A DNA stretch of 64,000 bases from Verrucomicrobiota bacterium (GCA_017309115.1 JAFLEF010000018.1:20572-84571), one strand, 5' to 3'; counted from the stretch's first letter, positions 29,444 to 38,436 are shown. Notes: generated by a model from the sequence alone, not told the origin. Numbers and translations are program-made.

Positions 29444-30317
29444 CTCCGTAAAGCTTGCGTAGGATGGGGATGTTGTAGCTGCGCAGCAGACCTTCGGGCG
29501 CGCGGACCTTCAGGGACTGGTTGACCACCTCCACCGCGACTCCCGTGGCGCCGTTGATTTCTAGATGTTCGCCCAAGGCGCATTTGGGGAAGTCGGCGCG
29601 ACCGGCAAACTCCGAGATCGGTTTTACCGGGGCGTCAAAATTGGGTTGGGCGATGTACTCCCGGCGAGGCGGGGGCGGCGGGGGTTCGGCGTCCACATCG
29701 GCCTCGGGTTCGGGTTCGGGATCCGGACGACGCGAAACGAGAGGGGCCGGACGGCGGGTTTCGTCGGTCCGGGCGGGTTCATGAAACTCCGGACGGATGA
29801 CCGGGCCATAGATTCGTTTCAGGCGGATGGCGTTGAAGCTCTGCACCACGCCCTCGGGTGACTTCACCTTGAGGGATTGGTTGATAATCTTGATCACCAC
29901 GCCGGTGAAGCCGCCGATGTCGAGGTGTTCGTTCAAGGTACAGGTCGGGAAATCGTCCCGCCCGGCGAATTCGCCAATCGGGCGGGCCGGTGGCAGTTCC
30001 CCGGCCTGGGTCAGAGGCGGAATCGTCGTCGGGGCCTTGGCCATGGTGGGCTCGGTGGGCTCAGTCGGAGCCACGAGTTCGGAAGCGGACAACGGGAGTG
30101 TTTCCGAGTTGGGAACAGCCGTTTCAGCGATCACGTCAGATTCAGTCGATGTCGTATTCAGTCGGCCAACATGACGGTCGTCAGGCTTGGGAGCGAACAG
30201 AAAGTGGGCGAAGCCGGGATTTGCTGAAGGGTCTTGTCGAATTCGGCCCATTTTCAGGGTTTGCGATCCAAATTCCTCGCTGGCTCGGCGGTCCAGTTTG
30301 CGCATCCTGTGGGGCAT
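29433..30317 (-). CDS. Hypothetical protein with two copies of a ~60-aa domain separated by a Pro/Glu-rich linker (start uncertain)
   Basis: Copy 1 is PIGEFAGRDDFPTCTLNEHLDIGGFTGVVIKIINQSLKVKSPEGVVQSFNAIRLKRIYGP. Copy 2 is PISEFAGRADFPKCALGEHLEINGATGVAVEVVNQSLKVRAPEGLLRSYNIPILRKLYGD. The first ATG of the track ORF overlaps the ATG of the divergent DUF1501 gene, so the real start is probably internal (M23 at 30251 or M92 at 30044). Confidence 0.6.
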   Translation of the reverse strand: MPHRMRKLDRRASEEFGSQTLKMGRIRQDPSANPGFAHFLFAPKPDDRHVGRLNTTSTESDVIAETAVPNSETLPLSASELVAPTEPTEPTMAKAPTTIPPLTQAGELPPARPIGEFAGRDDFPTCTLNEHLDIGGFTGVVIKIINQSLKVKSPEGVVQSFNAIRLKRIYGPVIRPEFHEPARTDETRRPAPLVSRRPDPEPEPEADVDAEPPPPPPRREYIAQPNFDAPVKPISEFAGRADFPKCALGEHLEINGATGVAVEVVNQSLKVRAPEGLLRSYNIPILRKLYGDKR

Positions 30318-31773
30318 GTTCCTCGCCCCCTGCGATTGTTCCCGCCGACACTTTCTCGGCCGGATGGGGGCGGGCTTCGGCGCGTTGGCACTCGGGGCCT
30401 GGCCTCAGCTTCAGGCCCGGGCTGCGGCGCCGGCGGTGCAGTTGGATCCCCTGAATCCATTTTCGCCGCGAGCTCCCCAGTTCACGCCTCGGGCCAAATC
30501 CATCATTTTCGTCTATCTGGTGGGCGGTCCTTCGCCGGTGGACACGTTCGACTACAAACCGCTGCTGCAGAAGCTCAACGGGCAGCCTGTTCCCGCTTCG
30601 ATTCGAAAGGCGGTGGAGGCAACCCGCTTCGCTAATGTTTTTCACGGCTGCAAGGACGAGTTGATGGGCTCGCCGTTTCAGTTCGCTCAGTACGGTCAGT
30701 CGGGGCGGTGGGTGAGCGAGTTGTTCCCCAACGTGGCGCGGCAGGTGGATGACCTGTGCTTTCTGCATTCCGTTCAGGCCGACTCCAACAACCACGCGCC
30801 GGCGAGTTATCAGTTTCACACGGGCGACATTCGGCCGGGCAAGGCCAGTCTGGGTTCCTGGGTCACCTACGGACTGGGAACGGAGAATCAGGATCTGCCG
30901 GGCTACGTGATGCTGTTCGATGCCGGGCCACTCGGAGGCGCGGCGAACTACGCCAACGGATTCCTTCCGGCCGCCTTCCAGCCCACCCGACTGCGCGATA
31001 CCGGAACGCCGGTGTTGGATCTGCTGCCGCCCGACACCTTTGCTCCCGGACAACGCGCTACCCTCGACTTGATTCGCGAGTTGAATCTCCGGCATCGCGA
31101 TGGCCGGCCCGGCTTCACTGAACTGGACGCCCGAATTGCCAGTTACGAACTCGCCTATCGGATGCAGTCCGCCGCCTTGGAAGTGGGTGATGTGGAGCGC
31201 GAGCCGGCGGCACTGAAACGCAGCTATGGCTTCGAGCATGCCGAGAAGCGTACGCAGAGCTTTGGCCGGAAGTGTTTGCTCGCCCGGCGTCTGGTGGAAC
31301 GCGGCGTGCGTTTCGTGCAGGTCTACGACATGCCGGACAAGGACGGCTGGGACGCGCATTCCGATCTGACCAAGAATCATGTTCCGCGGGCGCGCTGGAC
31401 GGATCAGCCGATTGCCGCGTTGCTGGCGGATCTGAAGCAACGGGGCTTGTTGGAGGAGACCCTGGTGATCGTGGGCAGCGAGTTCGGTCGGACTCCGATG
31501 ATGCAGGACAACCGGGGTCGTCAGCACAATGCCGCGGGCTTCACGATCTTTCTGGCGGGTGGAGGCGTTCAGGCCGGCCACGCGATTGGCGCCACCGACG
31601 ATCTGGGATTGATGGCGGTGGATCAGCCGATCCAGTTCCGGGATCTGCACGCCACACTGTTGGCGGCACTGGGCCTGCGTCACGACGAACTCTTCTTCGA
31701 CGTCAACGGCCGCCAGGAGCGCCTCACCGGCATCGCTGGCGGCGCCCGGATTATTCCCGGGCTGCTGACGTAG
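30316..31773 (+). CDS. DUF1501 domain-containing protein (sulfatase-like fold, Tat signal)
   Basis: MFLAPCDCSRRHFLGRMGAGFGALALGA Tat-type leader at ATG 30316. Motifs IIFVYLVGGPSPVDTFDYKP ... GRTP ... GRQHN are typical of DUF1501. No adjacent DUF1553/PSCyt partner. Confidence 0.8.
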   Translation: MFLAPCDCSRRHFLGRMGAGFGALALGAWPQLQARAAAPAVQLDPLNPFSPRAPQFTPRAKSIIFVYLVGGPSPVDTFDYKPLLQKLNGQPVPASIRKAVEATRFANVFHGCKDELMGSPFQFAQYGQSGRWVSELFPNVARQVDDLCFLHSVQADSNNHAPASYQFHTGDIRPGKASLGSWVTYGLGTENQDLPGYVMLFDAGPLGGAANYANGFLPAAFQPTRLRDTGTPVLDLLPPDTFAPGQRATLDLIRELNLRHRDGRPGFTELDARIASYELAYRMQSAALEVGDVEREPAALKRSYGFEHAEKRTQSFGRKCLLARRLVERGVRFVQVYDMPDKDGWDAHSDLTKNHVPRARWTDQPIAALLADLKQRGLLEETLVIVGSEFGRTPMMQDNRGRQHNAAGFTIFLAGGGVQAGHAIGATDDLGLMAVDQPIQFRDLHATLLAALGLRHDELFFDVNGRQERLTGIAGGARIIPGLLT

Positions 31774-31867
31774 GAAGGGGGACAACGCTCAGCTCGAATC
31801 TGGAAGTTCGACGGCTCGGCCTTCCACTTCGCGTTCAACTGCAGACGATACGGCCGTTGCAATTGGA

Positions 31868-33253
31868 TTGGTGACGACCTATGAAAAGTGCGTGACGTTC
31901 GCCGCAGAAACGCTCGAAAAAGCGCGGGTCAATTGTTCCCCCAAGCCACTTATAGGTGAAGGGTTGGATCGCTTCTGGGTCGAGACGGCCGATGCCCGGG
32001 ATGTCCACAGCAGTTTCCGGGACAACTTGGCAATTGTGCTCCAGGAAGAGGGAACTCCACGGGTACTCGTCCACGGCCATCGTGGTTGCGGCAAGAGCAC
32101 CGAGATCAACAAGTTCCTCTCCCAACTTGGATCCGAATGGCTGGTTGTTGCGTTGAGGGCTGACGATTTTCTCCCTCCCAGCGGCAATGAGGCTGCTGAC
32201 GTCCTGCTCGCCGCCTGTACCCGGTTGATGGACGTCGTCGCAGAGCAAAAATTGTCCCTCAACGAGGACCTCCTGAAGCCCGTCCTCGCCTTTTTTGCGG
32301 AGACGACTGCCGTCCAAACTGACGAGCGATCTAGCGAACTCCAGGCTGAGGCCGGAGCAGATGTTAGTACTGGCGTTTTGGGAAAACTCCTGGGTCTCAA
32401 AGCCAAGCTCGTTGCTTCGCTCAAGTTCGGGAGTCGTACCGAGCAAAGTACCATTCACCGCGTTCGTCGTCGCAAGGGCGAACTCTGCGCTGCTGTCAAT
32501 GCTCTCACCATTGCGGCTGAGAAGGCGTGGCAGGCTAAGAAAGGCAATCCCGCAGCTAAGCTTCTCCTAGTCATTGAGGAACTCGACAAGCTGGGGCTCG
32601 CCGATGCCCGCCAAATTTTTGTCCTCGATGGCCGCATCCTGAGTGAAGTCGCCGTCCGGGCGATCTACACCATTCCGGTCTTTACGTTCCATTCCGCCGA
32701 CGCCGGTGCCATCCGCAGCCACTTTGAACACGACTTGGCGCTGCCCATGATCAAGGTCTGCCAACCCGACGGTAAGCCTTGTGCCGAAGGACGAGACACA
32801 TTGAACCATCTGGTTCGCGAACGGGTTACTCCGTCCGTATTGCCGGAGGATGCACTTTCCTTGCTGATCGAACGAACCGGTGGCGTTTTGCGTGACATTT
32901 TTGAAGCCATCCAGACCGCCGCCCAATTCCGCACGGTGAGGTCCGAAGGGATCATCTCACGCGCGGCCATTGACCTCGCTTTGGAACGGATGGTCACGAC
33001 TCTCGGCTTGCAGATCGCCTACCCTCCGGAGGACCGCAAGGATCCAAAGATCCTCCAGGAGAAGTTGGCTGAGATCGCCCGGGCCCAGGCTGGCGGCCAA
33101 ACCAAGCGCGCCCAGCCGGATCCCGACCTCCAGCTTCTCCTCATGAGCGGCGCCCTTCTCGAATACAACGGCACCGGCTGGCTTGGGGTCCATCCACTCG
33201 CGCGCAAATATCTTCAAGATCTTGGCTACGATGTCGGCGCCATCTCTCCCTGA
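31868..33253 (+). CDS. P-loop NTPase (AAA+/STAND-like ATPase), 461 aa
   Basis: Walker A VHGHRGCGKSTEINKF and Walker B KLLLVIEELDKL, followed by about 200 aa of helical C-terminal region. The ORF opens with TTG/GTG (31868/31871). No other motif recognised. Confidence 0.65.
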   Translation: MVTTYEKCVTFAAETLEKARVNCSPKPLIGEGLDRFWVETADARDVHSSFRDNLAIVLQEEGTPRVLVHGHRGCGKSTEINKFLSQLGSEWLVVALRADDFLPPSGNEAADVLLAACTRLMDVVAEQKLSLNEDLLKPVLAFFAETTAVQTDERSSELQAEAGADVSTGVLGKLLGLKAKLVASLKFGSRTEQSTIHRVRRRKGELCAAVNALTIAAEKAWQAKKGNPAAKLLLVIEELDKLGLADARQIFVLDGRILSEVAVRAIYTIPVFTFHSADAGAIRSHFEHDLALPMIKVCQPDGKPCAEGRDTLNHLVRERVTPSVLPEDALSLLIERTGGVLRDIFEAIQTAAQFRTVRSEGIISRAAIDLALERMVTTLGLQIAYPPEDRKDPKILQEKLAEIARAQAGGQTKRAQPDPDLQLLLMSGALLEYNGTGWLGVHPLARKYLQDLGYDVGAISP

Positions 33254-35036
33254 TCTGCCTGAGTTGGCGGAATGTCTGGCGGCGCCCGTCCCAGGGCTTT
33301 TGCTACTCCGTTACGCCTCCGCCGTCGCTTTGGATCAATTGCTCTCTGGGTTGCGGAGCCGGATTGAACCGCGCCCGCTCCACGAGGTCCATTACGAGCC
33401 GCGTTCAAAGGAGTTGGGATATTGTCCGGAGTTGGTCGACCGGTGCCGCAGTCTGGCAAGCCCTAAGGTTCCCGCAATTTTTCTTCGGCCGGTGCCTGGA
33501 AACGTGGCGGAGGCTGACGTCTCGGCCGTGGTCACCTTCTGGAAGCAGCTGAATTCATTACGGGAAGCGATGGGGGATTTCTCTGCTCAGATCATCCTTT
33601 GCCTGGATGTTCCTCAGACTCCGTTTGCCTTTAGCCACGCGCGTGACCTGATTTCATGGTGCTCGCCTAAGTTCGAGTTTCTCGAGCTCACGCCCACGAC
33701 TGGAAGGGATGAGCCGACCACTTCTCGGGAAAACATGCGCAACGTCTCGGGAGGTGCCGCGATGCTGACCTGGAATTCCCTGAGCCCTCTCTGGCAGCAA
33801 ATTGTGGTCTCGGGTCAGGCTCCCAGTGCCACCGAAACCGTCCAGGTGCTCCTTCCGCTGCTACGCAGCGTGGTGGATTTGGGGATGGTCACGCTAGGAG
33901 CCCGGATCATTCGAGAAGGATCCACGGCCAAGTTCCCAAACGATTCGGCGATGGCGGAATGGTTAACCCTCTGCGGTGAGCTAGCCGTCGCACAGGGTGA
34001 TTTGGCTGGGGCTTTAAGCCGCTTTACGGAGAGCAAGGTAATTGGCGAACGCCTTGTAGCCAGCGACCCGGCCAATGCCGTATGGCGGCGCAATCTTTCC
34101 GTTTCGCTGGATCGGCTCGGCGACGTTGCATTGGCACAGGGTGATTTGGCCTTGGCCATGCGATGTTTCACGGAGAGTAGGAATATCAGGGAACTTCTTG
34201 TGGCTCGCGACCCGGCCAATACCGAATGGCAGCGCGGCCTTTCCGTCTCGCTGGATCGGCTCGGTGACATTGCGCTGGCACGGGGTGACTTGGCCTCGGC
34301 CATGCAATATTTCACGGAGAGTAAGACCATCGCCGAACGCCATGTGGTGAGCGATCCGGGCAATGCTTTATGGCAGAGCGACCTGTCCATATCTCTCAAC
34401 AAACTCGGTAATGTTAGCGAGGCGCAGGGTGATTTGGTAGGGGCTTTGCGATGCTTCAAGCAAAGTAGCTCGATCGCCGAGCGTATTGCGGCTAGCAACC
34501 CGGCAAATACCAAATTGCAGCGCGGGCTTTCCGTTTCGCTGAATAAGCTCGGTGACCTTGCAAAGTCACAGGGTGATTTCGCCGAGGCTTGGCGATGCTT
34601 TAAGGAAAGCAAGACGATCGCCGAGCGCCTTGCAGCCAGCGACCTAGCCAATGCCGAATGGCAGCGCGACCTGTCCGTCTCGCTGGACCGCCTTGGCGAC
34701 CTAGCGGAAGCACAGGGTGATTTGGCCGGGGCCTTGCGATGGTTCGAGGAGAGCAAGACCATCGCCGAGCGTCTTGCGACCAGAGAACCGGCCAATGCCG
34801 TTTGGAAGCGCGACCTTGGGGTGTCCTATTGGCATTTGGCGGGCCTGTGCGAGAAGTCTCATAACAAGGTCGAGGCATTGGTTTGGTGGCGGAAGGCCTA
34901 CGAGATACTCGCCAATCTGAAGCGGCGCGGCAGCCTCCGCCCCGTCGACGAGCGATTTCTGGCCACAGTTCAGGCCAAACTGGCCGACCAGCAACCGGGG
35001 GAATCTGGCGGTGTCCCCACATCGAGTGTCGGGTAG
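33231..35036 (+). CDS. TPR-like repeat protein with ~230-aa unassigned N-terminal domain
   Basis: Start taken at ATG 33231 (MSAPSLPDLPEL), overlapping the NTPase gene by 23 nt. The C-terminal two thirds contain six-plus 48-aa units of the form AQGDLAGAL.[CW]F.ESK.IAERL.A.DP.N..WQRDLSVSLD[RK]LGD. Confidence 0.75.
   Translation: MSAPSLPDLPELAECLAAPVPGLLLLRYASAVALDQLLSGLRSRIEPRPLHEVHYEPRSKELGYCPELVDRCRSLASPKVPAIFLRPVPGNVAEADVSAVVTFWKQLNSLREAMGDFSAQIILCLDVPQTPFAFSHARDLISWCSPKFEFLELTPTTGRDEPTTSRENMRNVSGGAAMLTWNSLSPLWQQIVVSGQAPSATETVQVLLPLLRSVVDLGMVTLGARIIREGSTAKFPNDSAMAEWLTLCGELAVAQGDLAGALSRFTESKVIGERLVASDPANAVWRRNLSVSLDRLGDVALAQGDLALAMRCFTESRNIRELLVARDPANTEWQRGLSVSLDRLGDIALARGDLASAMQYFTESKTIAERHVVSDPGNALWQSDLSISLNKLGNVSEAQGDLVGALRCFKQSSSIAERIAASNPANTKLQRGLSVSLNKLGDLAKSQGDFAEAWRCFKESKTIAERLAASDLANAEWQRDLSVSLDRLGDLAEAQGDLAGALRWFEESKTIAERLATREPANAVWKRDLGVSYWHLAGLCEKSHNKVEALVWWRKAYEILANLKRRGSLRPVDERFLATVQAKLADQQPGESGGVPTSSVG
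33990..34853 (+). repeat. Six in-frame 144-bp tandem units (coding repeat inside the TPR-like gene)
   Basis: The motif gcacagggtga (or a one-mismatch variant) recurs at 33990, 34134, 34278, 34422, 34566 and 34710, exactly 144 nt apart. Units are roughly 70-80% identical by eye. Confidence 0.9.
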
Positions 35037-35175
35037 GGGCGGACCCCCGGTTATTGCGCGGGGTAACGAGACACTCCCTCTCGAGACTTTGAGGGAACTC
35101 GGAATTGAGGTGGTCGAAACCCTGGCGAACTGGTGTGGTCCCTACGTCAACTCCGGGTAAATCACTTCGCAGGCC

Positions 35176-35997
35176 ATGATTTTCGCCATTCATCGTCCCC
35201 GGCCGCCGCTGGAAGAACTCATCCAACAGTTCTGGTACTACGAAGGTCTGGACGTGCCGTACGATCGAGAACGGGTTCTGCCGGATGGTTCGTTCCATCT
35301 GATGTTTAATCTCAGCGACCAACCGCGTCGGTTGTTTGATCCATTGGACGACCGACGCATCCGGGACTTTCGCACGGCCTGGGTTTCTGGAGCCCACCGC
35401 GAATTCATCGTTATCGATGCTCAGGCGGGCTCCTCGTTGATTGGCGTTCAGTTCAAACCAGGAGGTGCCACCCGGTTCTTGGGCTTGCCAGCGACGGTGC
35501 TGCGGGACGATGTGCAGGAACTAGAGGCGGTCCTTCCGGGCGACTTGAGCGCTCTGCGGGATCGATTGCGGGACGGCGCCACCTCGGCGGCCAAGTTCGC
35601 AATACTGGAGGCATTCCTCCTTCAGCGGTGGGCAGCGGGACGCGCTGGGCATCCGTCAGTAGCGCATGCTTTGGAACGATTTCGTAAGTCTCCCCATTCG
35701 GTCACGGTGGATGCCGTGGCCCGCGAGGTCGGAGTTAGCCACAAGCATTTCATAGCCCGATTTGAGGCGGAAGTGGGAGTCACGCCGAAACGTTTCTGCC
35801 GGATCCGTCGGTTTCAGGGTGTGCTGGCGGCGATCGGTCGGAAGGCGTCAGTGGATTGGGCAGATCTAGCCTGCGCCTGTGGGTACTACGATCAGGCCCA
35901 CTTCATTCAGGAGTTCCGGGCGTTTTCAGGAATCAATCCGTCCACCTACCTTCGGGAACGAGGGGAGTATGTGGGTTATGTGCCGTTTCGGAAGTGA
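35176..35997 (+). CDS. AraC family transcriptional regulator
   Basis: C-terminal AraC HTH: VAREVGVSHKHFIARFEAEVGVTPKRFCRIRRF ... DLACACGYYDQAHFIQEFRAFSGINPSTY. Confidence 0.85.
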   Translation: MIFAIHRPRPPLEELIQQFWYYEGLDVPYDRERVLPDGSFHLMFNLSDQPRRLFDPLDDRRIRDFRTAWVSGAHREFIVIDAQAGSSLIGVQFKPGGATRFLGLPATVLRDDVQELEAVLPGDLSALRDRLRDGATSAAKFAILEAFLLQRWAAGRAGHPSVAHALERFRKSPHSVTVDAVAREVGVSHKHFIARFEAEVGVTPKRFCRIRRFQGVLAAIGRKASVDWADLACACGYYDQAHFIQEFRAFSGINPSTYLRERGEYVGYVPFRK

Positions 35998-36077
35998 GCG
36001 GCCTCGCAGCGGGTGGGGCAGAGGTAAAATTTTTCCAATCCCGGGCGGTGAGATCGGTGGAGACTCGACCCACATTT

Positions 36078-36485
36078 ATGAAGTTCGAACTGATTCAACC
36101 TGGAGCGGTGCTGGTGGCGGCGGTCTCGGTGTTTTTGGTCGGTGGTCTTTGGTATTCACCCCTGTTGTTCGGTCGGGCCTGGATGCGGGCCAATGGATTT
36201 ACCGAAGTGGACGTGGCGGACTTCAACAAGACTCGCACGTTCGGCGGTTCGGCAGTTTTGGCCCTGATCATGTCACTAAACTTGGCGGTGTTTCTGGCGG
36301 CCGAGGGGACGAACATGGTCTGGGGCGCGATGGCTGGGGCGCTTGCCGGATTAGGGTGGGTGGCAGCGGGTGGCGGCATCGTTGCCTTGTTTGAAAATCG
36401 CAGTTGGACTTATCTCGCCATCCACGCCGGATATCACCTGGTCTCCTTTTCGCTGATGGGGGCGATTTTGGGGGCCTGGCGCTGA
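36078..36485 (+). CDS. DUF1761 domain-containing membrane protein
   Basis: Start at ATG 36078 (MKFELIQPGAVLVAAVSVFLVGGLWYSPLLFGRAWMRANG). Four TM helices, 135 aa. The GGLWYSPLLFG..W motif is typical of DUF1761. Confidence 0.6.
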   Translation: MKFELIQPGAVLVAAVSVFLVGGLWYSPLLFGRAWMRANGFTEVDVADFNKTRTFGGSAVLALIMSLNLAVFLAAEGTNMVWGAMAGALAGLGWVAAGGGIVALFENRSWTYLAIHAGYHLVSFSLMGAILGAWR

Positions 36486-36528
36486 AGAGTTTTTAACAAG
36501 GCTTCCCATAAAGACAGGAGAACTGAGT

Positions 36529-37071
36529 ATGTCGATTTATCAAAAGGTAGGGCGGTGGGGCGTAATTCTGCTGATTTTGGGCCTTCCGGCCACTGCGGCG
36601 GACTCACCCAAGCTCAATGAGAATTTGGAGAAGTTTCGTCCGTTGCTGGGAAAGACGTGGCGCGGGGAATTCAAGAACTCGACGCCAGAAAAGCCGACGG
36701 TGGATGTGGCGCGTTGGGAACGGGCCTTGAACGGTCAGGCGATCCGCATTCTTCACTCGATCAATCAGGGCGTGTACGGCGGCGAAACGATTATTCAGTG
36801 GAGTCCGGAAAAGAAGAGTCTGGTGTACACCTACTTCACGACCGCCGGGTTTCAGACCACCGGCACAATGACTTGGTCGGGCAGCAAGTATACCAGCCTG
36901 GAGAAGGTGACAGGCGACGCCCAGGGAGTGACTGAGGTGAAAGCGATTGGCGAGCTCCTTCCGGACGGAACCTTGGTGACGTCGTCGGAGTACCTGAAAA
37001 ACGGAAAATGGGAGCCCGGACACAGCGCCGTGTACCGAGAGGATCCGAAGGCCGAGGTGGTGTTCAAGTAA
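36529..37071 (+). CDS. Secreted hypothetical protein (180 aa)
   Basis: AGGAGA Shine-Dalgarno 8 nt upstream and a signal peptide (WGVILLILGLPATAA). Beta-rich composition. No firm family call. Confidence 0.6.
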   Translation: MSIYQKVGRWGVILLILGLPATAADSPKLNENLEKFRPLLGKTWRGEFKNSTPEKPTVDVARWERALNGQAIRILHSINQGVYGGETIIQWSPEKKSLVYTYFTTAGFQTTGTMTWSGSKYTSLEKVTGDAQGVTEVKAIGELLPDGTLVTSSEYLKNGKWEPGHSAVYREDPKAEVVFK

Positions 37072-37133
37072 GGGCCACGGGAAGACTACCGCCACCAAGA
37101 AGTAGGCTGATTCCCTAAACCCTGGATCCCGCG

Positions 37134-37160
37134 CGCCCGGACGGTTCCCCCGTCCGGGCG
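37134..37160 (+). terminator. Rho-independent terminator-like hairpin
   Basis: Stem cgcccggacgg, loop ttccc, stem ccgtccgggcg (11-bp GC-rich stem), followed by tttccgtctt. Lies 63 nt after the stop of 36529-37071. Confidence 0.45.
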
Positions 37161-37184
37161 TTTCCGTCTTCGGCCGCCCCCCTT

Positions 37185-37329
37185 CAGATTACCTGGCACT
37201 CTATCGGAAGGCGCCCACGTCTGATGGCCTGGCACTCAAAACGAGTCACCAGTGATCGGTCGCCGTACAGATAGCCTGGCAATCTATATCCCGCGCGCTG
37301 GGTACCCCTCAGATTACCTGGCACTCTGT
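37185..37329 (+). repeat. Cluster of four REP-like 20-bp motifs (consensus CAGATTRCCTGGCACTCT)
   Basis: cagattacctggcactctat (37185-37204), ctgatggcctggcactcaaa (37221-37240), cagatagcctggcaatctat (37268-37287) and cagattacctggcactctgt (37310-37329). All are direct and lie just upstream of the transposase gene. Confidence 0.85.
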
Positions 37330-37392
37330 GGATTTGGCTCTCTAGGAGTCGTTAAATGTGGCGATGGTGGGGGAGCTTACGGCTGTGGTGGA

Positions 37393-38436
37393 ATGGGGGC
37401 CATGCGCCAACCTCGTTTTGACAAAGTTCCTGGAGTGGGGACCCACCACTTCCACTGCACCTCCCGGGTGGTCAATCGGGCGGAGATCTTCGGGGAGGAG
37501 GAGCGGGAGTACTTTGTGCTGCTCCTGCGTGAGTACGAAGCCTACTGCGGAGTGCGCGTACTCAACTACACCATCCTCTCCAACCACTTCCACCTGCTCC
37601 TGGAAGTGCCGCCCAAGCCCGAGAAGTTGCCCACGGCCGATGAGCTCATTGAACGGCTTAAGGGCCTGACGTCCACGACCCTGACGCCGAAGAAAGCCCG
37701 ACAACTAGTGGACGCGTTCCGCCAAGCCAAAGATGAGGAGGGAGAACGGGCCTGGGTGGAACGCCAATGCGAGGGGATGTGGAACCTGAGCGAATACATG
37801 AAGCGGCTCAAACAACGGCTGAGCCGGTGGTACAACCGCCGCAATAAGCGCAAAGGTACGTTGTGGGAGGAGCGCTTCGACAGCGTGCTGACCCAGGGAT
37901 GCCCGGAAGTGCTGCTGACCGTGTCCCTGTACATTGACCTCAATTCTTTTCGAGCCGGACTGGTAAAGGAACCGGAGAATTACCGCTGGAGTGGCTTGGG
38001 GGAAGCGATGGCGGGACAGCCGCGGGCGCTGCAGGGGTTACGGAAAGTGATCACCGGCGCGGAGCATTTGGGTGAGACCAGTACGGAGCTGACCCAGGCG
38101 TTGGAGACGTATCGGTTGCAGCTGTACGTCCGGAATGAGGAAGGGCGGGAAGGGACAGATGCCGAGGGACGTCCCTTGCGTCGGGGCCTGCCCCGCGCAC
38201 AGGTGCTGGATGTGTTGAAGAACAAGGGTCGGGTGAACCTGGTGGACTACGTGCAATTGAACATCCGGTACTTCTTTGATGGAGGGGTGCTGGGAACCCA
38301 GGAATTTGTGGAACAAGTGTTCCAAGCGTTCCCTGAACGTTTCGGCCCCAAGCGTCGCACGGGCGCCCGCCGCATGCGCGGACTCGCTCCCAAGTTGTAC
38401 ACGCTGCGCGATCTCCGGCTCGAGCTCTTCAGCTGA
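37393..38436 (+). CDS. HUH-Y1 transposase (IS200/IS605 TnpA-like; REP-associated tyrosine transposase, RAYT-like)
   Basis: HUH motif in SNHFHLLLEVPP. Downstream SLYIDLNSFRAGLVKEPENYRWSG matches the Y-containing helix and NP.RAGLV..P..Y.WSS pattern of the Y1 transposase family. Start taken at ATG 37393, because the longer track ORF would read through the REP copies. Confidence 0.7.
   Translation: MGAMRQPRFDKVPGVGTHHFHCTSRVVNRAEIFGEEEREYFVLLLREYEAYCGVRVLNYTILSNHFHLLLEVPPKPEKLPTADELIERLKGLTSTTLTPKKARQLVDAFRQAKDEEGERAWVERQCEGMWNLSEYMKRLKQRLSRWYNRRNKRKGTLWEERFDSVLTQGCPEVLLTVSLYIDLNSFRAGLVKEPENYRWSGLGEAMAGQPRALQGLRKVITGAEHLGETSTELTQALETYRLQLYVRNEEGREGTDAEGRPLRRGLPRAQVLDVLKNKGRVNLVDYVQLNIRYFFDGGVLGTQEFVEQVFQAFPERFGPKRRTGARRMRGLAPKLYTLRDLRLELFS

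Noticed and set aside
30181-31785. 534-aa minus-strand ORF
   Set aside because: It is exactly antisense to the DUF1501 gene, which has a Tat leader and family motifs. The translation is Arg/Gln/Leu-rich with no motif.
33815-34795. 326-aa minus-strand ORF with striking internal periodicity
   Set aside because: The periodicity is only the mirror of the 144-bp coding repeats of the plus-strand TPR-like gene. The antisense translation is Ser/Arg/Ala-rich.
33990-34853. Possible CRISPR array (regularly spaced repeats); the same question applies to the heptamer tracts at 29225-29443 and the REP clusters at 37185-38879
   Set aside because: The 144-bp units are contiguous, in-frame and diverged throughout, so there is no repeat-spacer alternation. 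The heptamers are simple microsatellites. The REP copies are 20 bp with irregular 16-40-nt spacing, mixed orientation and sequence drift. No cas genes are present in the window.
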